A stretch of DNA of 64,000 nt, from positions 186,001 through 250,000 of the forward strand of contig OZ025663.1 in NCBI GenBank assembly GCA_964019335.1. The letters run 5' to 3'. Made by a program: the position numbers and the translations under genes. Below the pieces are notes generated by a model. The model saw nothing but the letters and a program-made list of their open reading frames with translations, did not search any database and was not told where the DNA came from. Of this stretch, positions 20,416 through 32,670 are shown piece by piece. Origin of the DNA: Diplonema japonicum. Taxonomy: Eukaryota; Protista; Euglenozoa: Diplonemea. Positions within the stretch are counted from its first letter, which is position 1, and each line of letters starts with the position of its first letter.

Positions 20416-21786
20416 ATGGCGATGTCGGCGAACCCGCTAGTGGCCGCGGCTGCGAACACACCGTTCCCTAATCCGAAGCGCACTATGGTGCAGAATAAAT
20501 ACAGCCAGTTGGACACAAAAGGTGTGATCGCTGCCGAGCACAAAATAGAGCTATCGGACCTGATCCAAGAAAGCACCACTGAACTAAAGGCTATATACAG
20601 GTCAAAGTTCCTCTTTGGGGATTATTTGAAGTACATCGATGCGAACTACAGCGGAGACGCAGTGGGGAGCTTTAACGTAACGACACCACCGCCGTTTGAA
20701 CCAGGGTACCTGCCGAAGAAGGAGGAGGACAAGCGGGCACCTACTGAAGGGGACACGACAAAAGACAAGCTCAGGACGGCCGAGGAACTCATCAAAAAAC
20801 TGTACAAACGAAATTCACTTTTAGAAGTTGAAAACAAATACCTCAATTCCGAGCTGACGAGAAGGGAGAAGCCCGACGATGATAAAACCGGCACACGGCA
20901 ACCAGATAACGAACTCGGTCAGATTCCCAGACATCCCTTAATGAACAGGAGGATGTTGCGAAGGTGCAAATCGTGTCCTCCAACGAGATTGATGCTTCGA
21001 ACAGCAGTGGGAGGAGAGCGGAACAAGAAAACAGGAAGAGACCCCACTGCGCAGAAGAAGGCTGACGACAAAGAAGCGTCCGGCACAATCCTTTTAAAAC
21101 AGAAGGTCTTGGCACTCACGGAAGCCCTTGTCACATCACAGCACGAGAACAACAGGTTAGTGAAGGAAAAAACAGAGAAGATCTCGCTTCGCGACGCGTT
21201 GATCAAGAAGTACCTCGTGGAAAGGGACGGCAGCATCGCACAGCTTCACGTGTTGCTGCAGGAAATCGCGGAGAAGGTCAACAACCCCATGAGGCTGACT
21301 CGGGTGAAACAGCCTTCTGCCAATATTAATCCTGTCGTTGCAGGAAACAACATGTTAAAGGAAGTCAGCGACAAGCTTACTGAACAAATCACACAAGCCA
21401 CGTCGTCGCTCCTCCAAGCAGGAAGCCCTGCCAAGGAAGATCTGTTGAATGCCACTTCTAACACCAGCATTGTAAAGCCAGAACTATCCGGCCGTCGACG
21501 GGAGCTGGTCCGCCGTGTCCACGCGCTCATCGAAAACCTACCCGTTTCCAAGAAAAAGGCCCTTCTCCTCCTCCTCCTTGAAGTTAAGCAAGTTAACCGT
21601 GCCCTGGGGGATTCCAACACCACCATTATGTCGACGTACGAAGAACTCAAGGTGAAGCTCAACGATGATCTTATCCAGGAGAAGCTGGAGGCCGCACTCC
21701 TCCGTGACCAGGTCAGGTCTTTGGGAGGGCAGGTAGACGACGATACACCTGCTGCAGTCACCTCGCTTAATGTCAATATTCAATAA
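20416..21786 (+). CDS. Hypothetical coiled-coil protein
   Basis: First in-frame ATG at 20416; long heptad-rich ORF. Confidence 0.75.
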   Translation: MAMSANPLVAAAANTPFPNPKRTMVQNKYSQLDTKGVIAAEHKIELSDLIQESTTELKAIYRSKFLFGDYLKYIDANYSGDAVGSFNVTTPPPFEPGYLPKKEEDKRAPTEGDTTKDKLRTAEELIKKLYKRNSLLEVENKYLNSELTRREKPDDDKTGTRQPDNELGQIPRHPLMNRRMLRRCKSCPPTRLMLRTAVGGERNKKTGRDPTAQKKADDKEASGTILLKQKVLALTEALVTSQHENNRLVKEKTEKISLRDALIKKYLVERDGSIAQLHVLLQEIAEKVNNPMRLTRVKQPSANINPVVAGNNMLKEVSDKLTEQITQATSSLLQAGSPAKEDLLNATSNTSIVKPELSGRRRELVRRVHALIENLPVSKKKALLLLLLEVKQVNRALGDSNTTIMSTYEELKVKLNDDLIQEKLEAALLRDQVRSLGGQVDDDTPAAVTSLNVNIQ

Positions 21787-21963
21787 ACTGTTATTTATCC
21801 TTTTTTTAAAACTAACTATTCTGGTTCTTTTTTTTTTTTTCTTCTTCTCTGTGTTCCCACAGGGATAACCCTCCCCCCCTCTTTTTTTTAAGAAAGATAT
21901 TTTTTTCCTGCTGGATGTAGTAGAACCATTGAAAGGTGGAAATTAAAAAAAAAGAATACAAAA

Positions 21964-23463
21964 ATGATGTCGACGACACGTAGCACCGAGACGGTGCTCC
22001 ACAACATGCAGTTCACCCCCCCAGATGACATAGATGGCATCCGGAAGCTGTTGACGTGTGTGATCCACTCAACATCCTTCGTGAAGGTGGCGATAAAAAG
22101 GTATATCTGTTCTGCAAAACGGCTGCAAAGATTTGCAAGAAAGATCGTGCGAAACCGCCAGCACGCCGTGTCTCGAGTTTACGAGGAAACAGTGGCTGAA
22201 GAGGCCCAATGCACAGAGGACGAGATCGCCCGGTTATGGAAGTCAACAAAACCCACAAAAGAGATGAAAATACTGGGCTTGCAACTGATCTTTATAGACG
22301 AACGGAAAAAGTACAGACAATCTTGGATAGAGTGGTCGAGAAATTTGGAGTACGCCAGCAAGCGTTTAGAATGGCAGATGGAAAATATGACGAATGAGCA
22401 AACAAGGTACGATCTGGTGACCCCTTGGAGGAATAAAATTGCTGCGTTAAGGTTAGTGAAACCCATGTTTCACTTCAAGGCACCGTTGGCGAAGCTTGTA
22501 TCGAAGTATCTGGCGCACTCACGGTCCGTTCTTATCGATTCTTTGATGGTTACCGTCAACAAGTTGGGCATACAAACCACAAACCCGTCGATCTTCGCTA
22601 CACTGTTACAACATCATGAAGATTCGTTGAAGGAACCGGTTGCACCCAAACCCACTGAAACGCATGACACCCTGCCTGCAAGCAGGCCGTCGCCACGGAA
22701 CTCGACAGGTTTGCGAGGGTCAATTCAACGTGGGTGTCCACAGCAGGTACCGTTAATCGCAGATAACATGTTGCTATTTGGTTCACCCGATCTGAAAGAG
22801 GATCTGCAAGTTCCCAAAAAAGGCTTTCTCGAGAAACAACGAAAAAAAGCGAAGATTTGCGACAGCAGCACAGCGTACCTAATCGAGAAGCGGCCAAGCG
22901 AATGCGTGCGGCCAGCCACACAACTGAAGCGACGCATCATCATGAGAGCGGGTCACCTCGACTCAAAACTGCGCCGAAAACTGAACAGAAAAGTAAGTTT
23001 CGTAGAACCAACACCACCATCATCAGCACCGGTTGTTAAAAAGCAATCTTTCGTGAGGGAAGGGGTCTCGCTGGCTGAAACACTTTCCGATGTAGAGTTC
23101 ATGGAAGCGGTGGAAGAGGTGGTACGGAGGCAGAAACACTTTCTGAAGACAAGACGACGCCCCAGCGACTCTCTTGATATGGAAGAAGCCATTGCACGTG
23201 AGGCAGAGAGGGAGTCCAACAGACGCACCCTTGAAAAAATACACCAAGAGCAGGAAATCCAAAGCATCACCCTCTCTGACTTGGTTCACCTCAACGCTGC
23301 TCACTTTGCTAAGCAGATCTCAACGTCAAACATGCAGCCCATACCAAGGTTCACACACCCGAAGGTCCCCCGTAGGCCTGCTCCAAAGAGGGAACAACCA
23401 GGGCCTGTCATCAGCGTACCGAATGGCGCCACATATCATTACCATCAGTTCTACGGAAGCTGA
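21964..23463 (+). CDS. Hypothetical protein
   Basis: 499-aa ORF after an A-rich leader; weak IQ-like motif AKRLQRFARKIV. Confidence 0.7.
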   Translation: MMSTTRSTETVLHNMQFTPPDDIDGIRKLLTCVIHSTSFVKVAIKRYICSAKRLQRFARKIVRNRQHAVSRVYEETVAEEAQCTEDEIARLWKSTKPTKEMKILGLQLIFIDERKKYRQSWIEWSRNLEYASKRLEWQMENMTNEQTRYDLVTPWRNKIAALRLVKPMFHFKAPLAKLVSKYLAHSRSVLIDSLMVTVNKLGIQTTNPSIFATLLQHHEDSLKEPVAPKPTETHDTLPASRPSPRNSTGLRGSIQRGCPQQVPLIADNMLLFGSPDLKEDLQVPKKGFLEKQRKKAKICDSSTAYLIEKRPSECVRPATQLKRRIIMRAGHLDSKLRRKLNRKVSFVEPTPPSSAPVVKKQSFVREGVSLAETLSDVEFMEAVEEVVRRQKHFLKTRRRPSDSLDMEEAIAREAERESNRRTLEKIHQEQEIQSITLSDLVHLNAAHFAKQISTSNMQPIPRFTHPKVPRRPAPKREQPGPVISVPNGATYHYHQFYGS

Positions 23464-23619
23464 AGATGTGTGGGTCAGAAAGGTTTACACCTTTTCTTTT
23501 TCCCTTTTTTTTTTTTCTTTCTTTCTTTTTTTTCTTTTTTTTCTAAAGAGAGTTTGGGGGGAATACGAAGGGAAAAAAAAAAAAAGGAACTATTACAAAG
23601 AAAAGAGGAGGAACCAAAA

Positions 23620-23717
23620 ATGTCTGAGACAAAAGAACCTGAGAAGCCTACTCAGGAGGAGGAAACTTCAAAAAGTGAAGACTCGAATGTGCTGAGCACA
23701 CTGGGTATGAGGAATAC

Positions 23718-23757
<40 letters not shown>

Positions 23758-26700
23758 ACACAGATCACATCCGCCTGAAGGTGTCCACGGTGCAGTCTGA
23801 TGCGTTTGCGGCCCTGGGGGGTGCGATCGCGAGAGATCCTCTTCCCTTTATTGTATGACACAAAATAAAAGGGGAAAAGAAAACAACTTTACTTTATTAT
23901 TCAAGGCTGTCCCGTGGCTGCTGATGATCGCCTTTGCATGGGGTATCTACAACGTGCACATTGAGGTCAACCCGGTGAAGCTTTGGGTGCAGGAGGGCAG
24001 CAGACTTGAGGGTGAGGACGACTTCTACACTTCGATATTCGGGTATATTTATTTATTTTTTTCTTCTACCCACCAACAGTGACCTGACCCGTTCCATCGG
24101 TATCCAGACGGTCCCCAAGGACCACCTTGATGCGCAGTACCAGGACGGCAACATGATGACCACAGCGCACATGGCGGAGAACTACGACATCGATGGTGCC
24201 ATCCTCGACATGCGGCCCAGCAGGAACCCCTTCTTGGAGATCCTTGGTGGGTGTGCTGGGCTCAACCAATCTACTTGTGACGACACCACTAAACCCCTTT
24301 GCGGTTGGGACCTTGAGACCGGTGTTTGCATGTACCAGGACCAGATGGGTATCATGCCCAGCAACCAACAGAAGAGTGCCTACACCTTCAACTACCTTGG
24401 AGTTGACTGGGGATGGAGGGAGCTCTGCGTTGAGGTCAAGGCGCCTGTCGATCCCAAGAACGGTGTCCAGACTAGCCGACTCAGTGCTGCCCGTGCCCCA
24501 TGCTCCAAGCTGCAGACACCGATGGACTGCTTCGCTGAGCACCCCCGCTCTCAGCAGACTGGTGTCCTCGCGCTCCTCGGTTGGGCTCGCAACCACCCTG
24601 TCTCCTACACCGACCAGGCTGCGTACAACGCGACATTGACTGCCCCTTGCGCCGTCTGGCAGGGAACCTACAACTCCAAGGGTTACACCATCGGTGGCCC
24701 TAGGTACGGCACCGACGGGCTCATCAACCACGTGTCTTCGTACAAGATGCTCTACCCTGTCAACACAGCCGATGACTTCGCCGACCATGTATGTCGACCG
24801 CACACCATTACACCACACTACAGTACAACAACTACATCATGAAGCACGAGACGTCTGCGCAGTTCTACAGGCAGTTCGGGTTCCCCGAGACAATCACCGA
24901 GGAGCAGGCCTTCGACATCATTGAGGGTTGGGAATCCGGCTTCGACCAGCTCATGCCCACCGTCAACAACAAGATGCACCTCAGCGAGATCTCGTGGTTG
25001 TCGCAGTGGCACGTTCTCGACATTGTGAAGGACGCGTCCGTCAAGAACCAGACCTACGTCATCATCGGTCTTGTGCTGCTGCTTGTCGTTGTGTGGGGAT
25101 TCTTGTTCAGGTTGGACTTCGTGTCATCGAGGCTGCTGCTTGGTTTGTACGGTGTGATGACCGTCGCCATGGCCATCATCGGGACCCTTGGCTTCACTGC
25201 CCTGTGCGAGGTGGACTTCAACATCCTTACGCTGCAGGTGCTGCCTTACGTGGGTATGGGTCTTGGTATTGATGACATGTTTGTGCTGCTGCACTACTTC
25301 GATGAGGACACTTCGGTGAGCGTGACTCACAGGATGAAGCAGTGCTTCGCACACGCCGGGCCTTCCGTCTGCGCCACGACCACCATCAACGCCTTCGTGT
25401 TCTTCCTGGGTGCGTCGATCCCCGTGAAAGCCGTGATCGACTTCGCCATCCAGTCGGGTGTCAACGTTGTCTTCAACTTCGTCATGGTCCTGTTCGCCTT
25501 CGGTGGTATGCTTGCCATCGACGCCAGGAGGGTGCGCAACGGACGCTACGACGTCGTCCCATGCATGGTGAGGGAGCACGCCGGAGAGCCCAAGAAGACT
25601 CACCTGTCGAAGGTCGCCACTGAGCTCCTCATGAAGCCTGTTGTGACTAAGTTCAGTGGCCAGGCGATCGGTCTTGCCATCACGCTCGGAGTGTTCGGTG
25701 TGGGTGTCTACGGTGCGCACAAGATCACATTGGGGCTGCCGCTCAGGGAGTTCATCGAGAACGACTCGCAGCACAAGACATACCTCGACATCCGCCACGA
25801 CTACTACACAACGCAGATCAACTACATCGTGGGACGTGGCGGCGACTGGCACACAAGGGAGAACCAGATCAAGCTCAACACCGTCATCAACAAAGACCTC
25901 GCTAACAAGGTCAACGCCTTCGGCATCAATGGTACCCTCGACTACGCCGAGCCCACCTTCTTGATCCAGGGTGCCGCATGGACACAGGTCTTCAGGGCCT
26001 ACGCGCTGCAGTACCCCGGTGCTCAGGACCCCAACAACAGCTGCGAGTGCTACCCCGCGTACCTGTCGAACCCCACGGTCCCTCCCTTCCCGTGGTACAG
26101 CCCGCTCTTCTTCAGGAACTTCCCTGTGGACTGCACGATCAACCCTGACATGTACTACGACCTTCTTGCGCTGTTGCTTGGTGAGAAGACCTGCCTTGAG
26201 AACGGGACTGTCCCCGCGATCAACTTCAAGGACCCTAAGTACTTCCCGACGTGCCCCAACGGTGTGGGGTCGCCGCCGCACAACATCCAGCCCATCACCT
26301 GCCAGCAGGTCGAGTCGTCGGTTGCAACCTTCGGCGATATCTTCAAAGCACTTGGAACGTCCGCCTTCGCAAAGGTGTCCTACGGGTACGGGGCCATCGC
26401 GTCCTACGGCGACCAGGTGCAGCTGACGATGGAGGCGCAAAACACAAACCCCAGGATTAGGGGGTGGAACTTGCCGGTGGCGAACTCGCCCATTGAGCAG
26501 GCGGACGTGGAGAACACGTTGAAGGCGATGGCGGAGACGAGAGACCTCTTGGACAAGACAGGGCTGCCGATCTTCGCATGGGGACAGTCATACCTGTACG
26601 CAGAGCAGTACAGGTTCACAAGGGAGAACCTGAGAACCATGTTGATCATTGCAGTGTGCGGATCGTTCATCCTGACTGCTGTTCTGATGGCCTCTGCGTC

Positions 26701-27208
26701 CCTGGCGCTCATCCAGACAATTGTGATCGGGATGTCTGTGACCACCATTGTTGGGTGTGTGAGGATGCTTGACTTGGAACTGAACGGTGTGTCTATGTTG
26801 TCGCTGGCCTTCGGTGTTGGGATCAACGTGGAGCTGTGTGTGCACATCTGCCGTGCTTTCCTTGTTACCCGCCCGACGGACCCCCTCATGAGGCGTGGTG
26901 ACCAGCAGCGGGAGAGGATTATGTACGCGCTCTCTGAGATGTCGATCCCTGTGTTCGATGGTGCCTTCACCTCCTTCATGGCCGTTATCGTTCTTTCTTT
27001 CAACGAGACGCCATTCTTCAAGAAGTACTTCTTCTACCTGTACTCCGTCATGATTGCCGTCTCGCTCTTCTATGCCTTTGTGCCGCTCCCCATTTTGCTG
27101 TGTCTTTTCGGGCCTAGCCCGCTCCCTGCTGCGGCCACTCATGACCTGCCCTCGACTGAGCCTACTCATGAGGAGGACGAGGCATTGGAGAAGAAAGAGG
27201 TTAACTAG
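23620..27208 (+). CDS. Patched-family (RND, sterol-sensing domain) transporter (5 exons: 23620-23704, 23764-23852, 23906-24042, 24080-24788, 24824-27208)
   Basis: Spliced N-terminus ...FAALGGAIARDPLPFI-AVPW...KLWVQEGSRLE; SSD motif LPYVGMGLGIDDMFVL; C-terminal GVGINVELCVHI; many TM segments. Confidence 0.9.
23705..23763 (+). other. Intron, 59 nt, contains ~31-nt poly(A)
   Basis: GTATGA...A-run...CAACACAG; phase 1; restores the Patched N-terminal frame. Confidence 0.8.
23853..23905 (+). other. Intron, 53 nt
   Basis: GTATGA...TTCAAG; phase 0, joins PFI to AVPW. Confidence 0.85.
24043..24079 (+). other. Intron, 37 nt
   Basis: GTATAT...CAACAG; phase 2, gives SIFGDLTR. Confidence 0.85.
24789..24823 (+). 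other. Intron, 35 nt, CA-rich
   Basis: GTATGT...CTACAG; phase 0; joins ORF 24006 to ORF 24791. Confidence 0.85.
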
Positions 27209-28283
27209 AGGGGGGAGTTTTTTTTTTTTTTTCTTTTTTAAGATGTAGAAATAAAAAAAAAAGTTTTTTCTTTTTTGTGAAAACGAACAAAAAAAAAAAG
27301 AGGAGGGAGAGGAGGGATAGGAAGAAGAAAAAAAAAATTAAGTGAGAAAAAACAGAGGAGATGGCTGCCCTCCTCTAAAGAAAAACAGAGGGAAAAGATA
27401 ATAGGGAAGGGAAAAAAAAAAAGGAAAAAGAAAAGCATCGGCCTAGGTAATCAGAAACCAAACTTTTTTTTTTTTTAATCCTGGAATTTAAAAAAGAAAA
27501 AAAGAGAAAGAAAGAAAGGAAAATTGACAAATATCAGTATAAAAAAAAAAAAGTTGCTCCGTGTACTTGAGAAAATTTTAATTTTAAAAAAAATGAACGA
27601 AAATAATAATTAAAAAAAAAAGTCTTTTTCTTTCTTTCTTTCTTTTTTTTTGTTTTCTCTTTTTTTTTTTTCTGTTTTCTATTTTTATCGGCCAGCTCTA
27701 TTCAAAAAAAAAAAAAAAAAAGTAAGCCCAATCTCCTCTTCACCCCCCCCCCCCCCCCAGTGATCTCTGGCCCCCCTTTTTATTTTTACGAATTGTGTTA
27801 TCAAAGCTCCCATATTTACTTTCTTCCCCTCCTCCTCCTCCTCCTCCCCCTCCCCCTCACATGGAGACTGCCGCAAAGGTGGATCGGGAACCTGAAGAAA
27901 CGAATAGTAACAAAAAGGAAGGGAGTACGCGAGAGCCCCTTCTCCCTTTTTTTTTTTTTTTCTTTTTTTTTTTTTTTCTATTTTACCGTACCCCTCCGCG
28001 TGCTTTCTCCTTCCCTGTTCCCCACCCTTCCCCCAGCCCCTCTTCTGGTACTGAGTGTTCTTCTTTTTTCTTTTCTCTTCTACCTGCCTAGAGTTTTTTT
28101 TCCCCTCCCCCTAAGGTGCGCTGACAGCCCTCAAGCCCGAAAGAAGGAATAATGATACCAATGAAGAAGTATTGAGGTTAGTGGCGCAAGTTTCGGGCCG
28201 CTCCACCCCCTCTTTTTTTCTTTTTTTTTTTCTTTGTCATTTTTTTTTTTTTTTTTTTATTGTTTACCCCTTTGTGCCATTGT

Positions 28284-28316
<33 letters not shown>

Positions 28317-28357
28317 TTTTCCCTTTTTTTTACGCAACACCTTTATGAAGAGGGGAG

Positions 28358-28388
<31 letters not shown>

Positions 28389-29695
28389 CATCTCCAGAGA
28401 TCCCATGGTGGTGACGGGGAAGAAAAAAAAAAATAGTTCAAGAAAAAAAAAAAATAATTAAAAAAAGATGAGCAGAAATGAAAAAGAAGATGAAGAACAA
28501 AAAAAAACAAAAAAAAAATACTTAGAAGCGGGTGGGTAAAAATTGCGAGGGCACAAAAAGATTTTACAAAAGATGTTTTCTTTTACTTTCCTGTCTGTCA
28601 CAGAGCATTTCTCATTTTTCTTTTTCTTCTTTCCACACATACTGTACCCAGAAGCCCCATCCTTTCTCTACCTTTGAAGGGGAGTGTTGAGGGTATCAGG
28701 ATAAAAGTACAACAAAAAACACCCCCAAAAAAATAAATGTGATGTGAAATGTTTACAAAGAACGAGTCCCAAGCTTTGTCCGAACAAAAAAGAGAAAGAA
28801 AAAAAAAAAAGAGGGGGGATAGTGGATGTTATAACAAGTAAATGTTATCAGTTCCTCTTTTACATCTGTCGTGAGATAATTTGAAATAAGTTTGATATCA
28901 GTAAGAAAAAAAAAAAAGAAGAAGAAAGGCGAGTCTTGCCTTTTGTTTACATGTTTTTTTAATCCATGATTACCCCCCCTCCCTTCTCCCCCACCCCTTA
29001 CTTTTTTTTGCAAAAACAATATCGTGAAATGCTCGAAAGGAGGGGGGCTTGAATGTTCTTTCAAAAAAAAAGTTTTTTTTTTTGTCTCTTCGTGAGTAGT
29101 TACCACCCCGCCCCCCCCTTTTTTATTCTTCCTCTTTTTTTCTTCTTCTCTTTCTCTCTCTTTTTTTTATTTAAAACCCCCTTCCCCCCCCCTTTTTTTT
29201 AGAGATCACTGTCCCTCCCCTTTATTTTAATTTTTTTTCCACTTACCCAAAGCAAAAAAAAAAAAAAAAGAACCAGCAAAAACAGCATTTTTCGCTCTTG
29301 ACCCAACCCTTGCTCCTCTTTCCCCTAATCCCTCTTTTCATGTTCTTTCCCCCCCCCCTTCTCTTTTTTTTTCTCTTTCTCTTTCTCACTCCTTACATTG
29401 CATTTTTTTGTTTCCATTTCTTTGTAAGGGTGAGGGGAAGAGGGAGGGGGGGAGGAAAAAACTCTTGTCCCCATTCTGTCCCCTCCTTTTTTATTTTCAT
29501 TCTTCCTCCCCCCCCCCCCCAATTCCATTTTCCCTTCTCCCTCCCTCCCTCCTCTTTTTCTTTGTATTCTTTTTTTTTTCTTCTTCATTTTTCTATTTTT
29601 ATTTTATTCCCCCCCCCTTTTTTTTTATATGCCGAATCCAAAAGTTATAAAAAAGAAAAAAGAGAGCATTTACACAACAAAACAAAACAAAAAAA

Positions 29696-30973
29696 ATGGG
29701 TCGCGTGACGATAGCAAAAATCGAACAGCAGTTTGACGCAATCGACAAAAGAGAAGCAAAGATAAAAGCACGGTACACCAGCGAGACAAGGCGGCGGGTT
29801 AGCCACGGGACCGCAAACACCCAATTCGACAAAAAGGAACCAACAGGGCCAACAAGCGAGACAGGACAGACCGAGGGCCACTGTATAGACCTAGGTGACG
29901 GCCGCCACGCACTTATAATGACCAGAGGCGAACGGATAAAAAAACTCACCGCTGAAATGGCCGCCAAACGAAGCGGGGGCTTGAGAAAGTACATCAAAAC
30001 AGCGTACCACGAGCGAGAAGAAGTCCTGCAAAACCTTGACAAGCTGCCTGACAATTATTATTCCACTAAGGATGACGACGATCTTTACGACCAACTCCTG
30101 CAATTCTCAGAATCGCAGCCGCCTGATTCAACTCGGATGAAGGCTCCAATAAAACGGTTGAACACGCGTTCTGCTCTACGATCTGCACAACATGTTGCTC
30201 AACCTCAATTATCATCAGCTCCACAGCAGCCTAGGAAAAACACTATACATGTGAGGCCGCCTTCGACAGTTGGAATGCTTTTTGAAAAGTTTAAATCGCC
30301 GCAATCTGTCAATAAGAAACCAGCTGGGAATAAGCAACAACAACGGAACCACATTCTTCCAGAGAAGAAGAATAAAATACCCACCGGGAGCAGCTTGTGG
30401 GCTACAAAGAAGAAATCCCGTTCATTGCTTCACAAGGAGCCCCTAGTACCTGATGTAGCATCAAACAGCTTTACAATAACAAAAGGGATGAACCCTGTCA
30501 GGAGAAATCCTCCCATTGCGGACGACACCGACAGTAATGAACTGAACCAGACCACCCTGGAGATGATAAACTCAAAGAAGTACTACTTCCTCCATGTTAA
30601 AATTCTGCACGGGGACCCTGCCGTCATCAGGAAGTGGAGGTTTGATGTGAAGGTGACGGACACTACATTCCCCGAATGCCCCATCTCCACTACTTTCCAG
30701 AATCTTCGTGTGACCGACACGCTGCATGTGGTGTTCGAGGAGCCAAACAACTGTGTCCTGTCGCCTGTGGACTTGCTGGACTGGGTGTCTGCGCCCATTG
30801 ACCTTTACAACCACACGCTGCACATTGAGGTGACTGCTGTGTCGCCAGTTCGGACTAAGGTCGTCGACACCCTTGTGTACTACGGGGAGGAACTCGACTC
30901 GGCCCCCAAACGGCCCGGGGACACACCCGACAGCAAGCGAACAGCTGTCAACGACAACAGCACCAGGTCGTGA
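29696..30973 (+). CDS. Hypothetical protein with C-terminal beta-rich domain
   Basis: 425-aa ORF after an A-rich leader. Confidence 0.7.
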   Translation: MGRVTIAKIEQQFDAIDKREAKIKARYTSETRRRVSHGTANTQFDKKEPTGPTSETGQTEGHCIDLGDGRHALIMTRGERIKKLTAEMAAKRSGGLRKYIKTAYHEREEVLQNLDKLPDNYYSTKDDDDLYDQLLQFSESQPPDSTRMKAPIKRLNTRSALRSAQHVAQPQLSSAPQQPRKNTIHVRPPSTVGMLFEKFKSPQSVNKKPAGNKQQQRNHILPEKKNKIPTGSSLWATKKKSRSLLHKEPLVPDVASNSFTITKGMNPVRRNPPIADDTDSNELNQTTLEMINSKKYYFLHVKILHGDPAVIRKWRFDVKVTDTTFPECPISTTFQNLRVTDTLHVVFEEPNNCVLSPVDLLDWVSAPIDLYNHTLHIEVTAVSPVRTKVVDTLVYYGEELDSAPKRPGDTPDSKRTAVNDNSTRS

Positions 30974-31060
30974 ATTTTTTGTTTGTTCGAATAATTTTTT
31001 TTTTTTTTTTTTTTTTTTTTCTACAAAAAAAAAAAAAAAGGAAAAAGACAAAAAAAAAAA

Positions 31061-31759
31061 ATGTCGCGTTTCGAGTGCCGGCCGTCTGTGAGGGGTGATG
31101 GGCTGATGCAAGCAGAGCATGTTGGGATGAAGAAGTCAAAGCGAAAGGTTGTTGAATTGAAGATCGAGGTCAAAGAAGCACTGCAGGCTTTTCGGTTTGG
31201 GGACACCCCGAGCCCAAGGAGCGTTGAGGCAGTGGCTGCGGCACCGGTGCTAGGAGTAAGCGGGCGGGCAATGAGGGAGATGGCAATGCCTCCAGAGACC
31301 TTTAACATGCGTTGCCCCGGTTTCGAAGAACTGGAAGGCACATACCACCTAGCTAAGGAAATTTTCAACGGCATGCCCACGTGGCAGTCGGGCCCGGCAA
31401 CTCTTTACTCATCAAAAGAAGGACTCTGGTCAGTTGTTGACACTGCTAACGGTCCAGCCAGTGATTTAGGATGGATTACATCAGTTGATGTCCACGGTGG
31501 CATGATGCCCCACGTCACACAGCTCTGGCAAGCCTACGCAGCTGGTGAATGGGGTTCATTAACTTTTGTTCCCTTTGTTTCAGTCAAGAAGGAGGTCAAA
31601 AAGAGAAACAACAGGGCTCAAAGAAAGCGGGGCAAGAACACTCCCAAACCTAGGAAAGAGGAAAAGAAGGAAGAGCCCCAACGGCTTGCGGTCTCGATTG
31701 ATGAGGGCTCCCTTGGGCCTTCCGAGGGTTCGGCGGGATCTGATTTTGTCAGATACTGA
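31061..31759 (+). CDS. Hypothetical protein
   Basis: 232-aa ORF with a GTY...NGMPTW...LYS...W small beta-type domain. Confidence 0.65.
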   Translation: MSRFECRPSVRGDGLMQAEHVGMKKSKRKVVELKIEVKEALQAFRFGDTPSPRSVEAVAAAPVLGVSGRAMREMAMPPETFNMRCPGFEELEGTYHLAKEIFNGMPTWQSGPATLYSSKEGLWSVVDTANGPASDLGWITSVDVHGGMMPHVTQLWQAYAAGEWGSLTFVPFVSVKKEVKKRNNRAQRKRGKNTPKPRKEEKKEEPQRLAVSIDEGSLGPSEGSAGSDFVRY

Positions 31760-32463
31760 ATGGGGGAAGGTTTTTTTTAAGAGTTTATTTTTTTTTCCCT
31801 TTTTTTTTTTTTTTTTCCCTTTTTTTTTTTTTTTTTTTTTTTTCTCCCCAAAATTTTTTGCTTCATATACATTCAAAAAAAAAAAAAAAAAGAAAAAAGA
31901 AAAAAAAAAAGAAACGTGAATTGTGTGTTGGGTTAGAAATCCTGGTTTGGTATTTTAGAGCCCAAAGGAAAACAAAAAAAAAAAAAAAGGCGAGATGAAA
32001 AACTATTTTTTTCTATCTTTTTTTTTATTATGATGAACACGAAACACTTGTTTATTGTAGTTATCAAAAAAGAAATGTTGCCAGTGTTGTGTGTATAAAT
32101 TATATCTTTATTAGGTAAAAAAAAAAAAAATTGTTTGCAATCATTGTCTGCTGCACACACATCACCCATTCTTTTTTTTTTTTCTTCTTTTTTTTTTTAA
32201 AGACAAAATCAAGCACCTCACACTCCTCACACTTTGTACACAAAAAAATAAAAATGTGAGCTTTTTTTTTAAACCTTCCCTCCCATTCTCCTCTTATTTT
32301 TTTCTCAAAGCACGAGAAAAAGAAAAAAAAAAGGGGAGAACAAAAGGATATGGCCGACTCTTGTGTTTGTCCTTCTTCCCCCTCCCTTCTCTCTCTTTCC
32401 TACCTGAGAAATTTCCTAAGCGCCTGGCACTGAGATATCTCACGTGACTTGCGCCTGCTAAGG

Positions 32464-32505
<42 letters not shown>

Positions 32506-32614
32506 ATTTATTATTATAACTTTTTTTTCTTTCTTTCTCTAAAAGTGGTTCTTTTCTTGAAGAAACATTTAAAAAAAAAATGAATTGAAACCAACTGCGA
32601 TGACTCGGCAGCAT

Positions 32615-32670
<56 letters not shown>

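Noticed and set aside
25124-26440. Long minus-strand ORFs (also 6508-7629, 16066-16956, 37494-38402)
   Set aside because: Antisense shadows of GC3-biased or repetitive + strand genes.
27860-27945. Short ATG-initiated segment METAAKVDREPEE...
   Set aside because: Runs into poly(T), and I could not build a convincing spliced continuation.
30967-31047. Possible intron fusing the 29696 and 31061 ORFs
   Set aside because: Donor GTCGTG lacks the +4 T seen in all ten other introns, and the frame depends on homopolymer length; treated as two genes pending RNA data.
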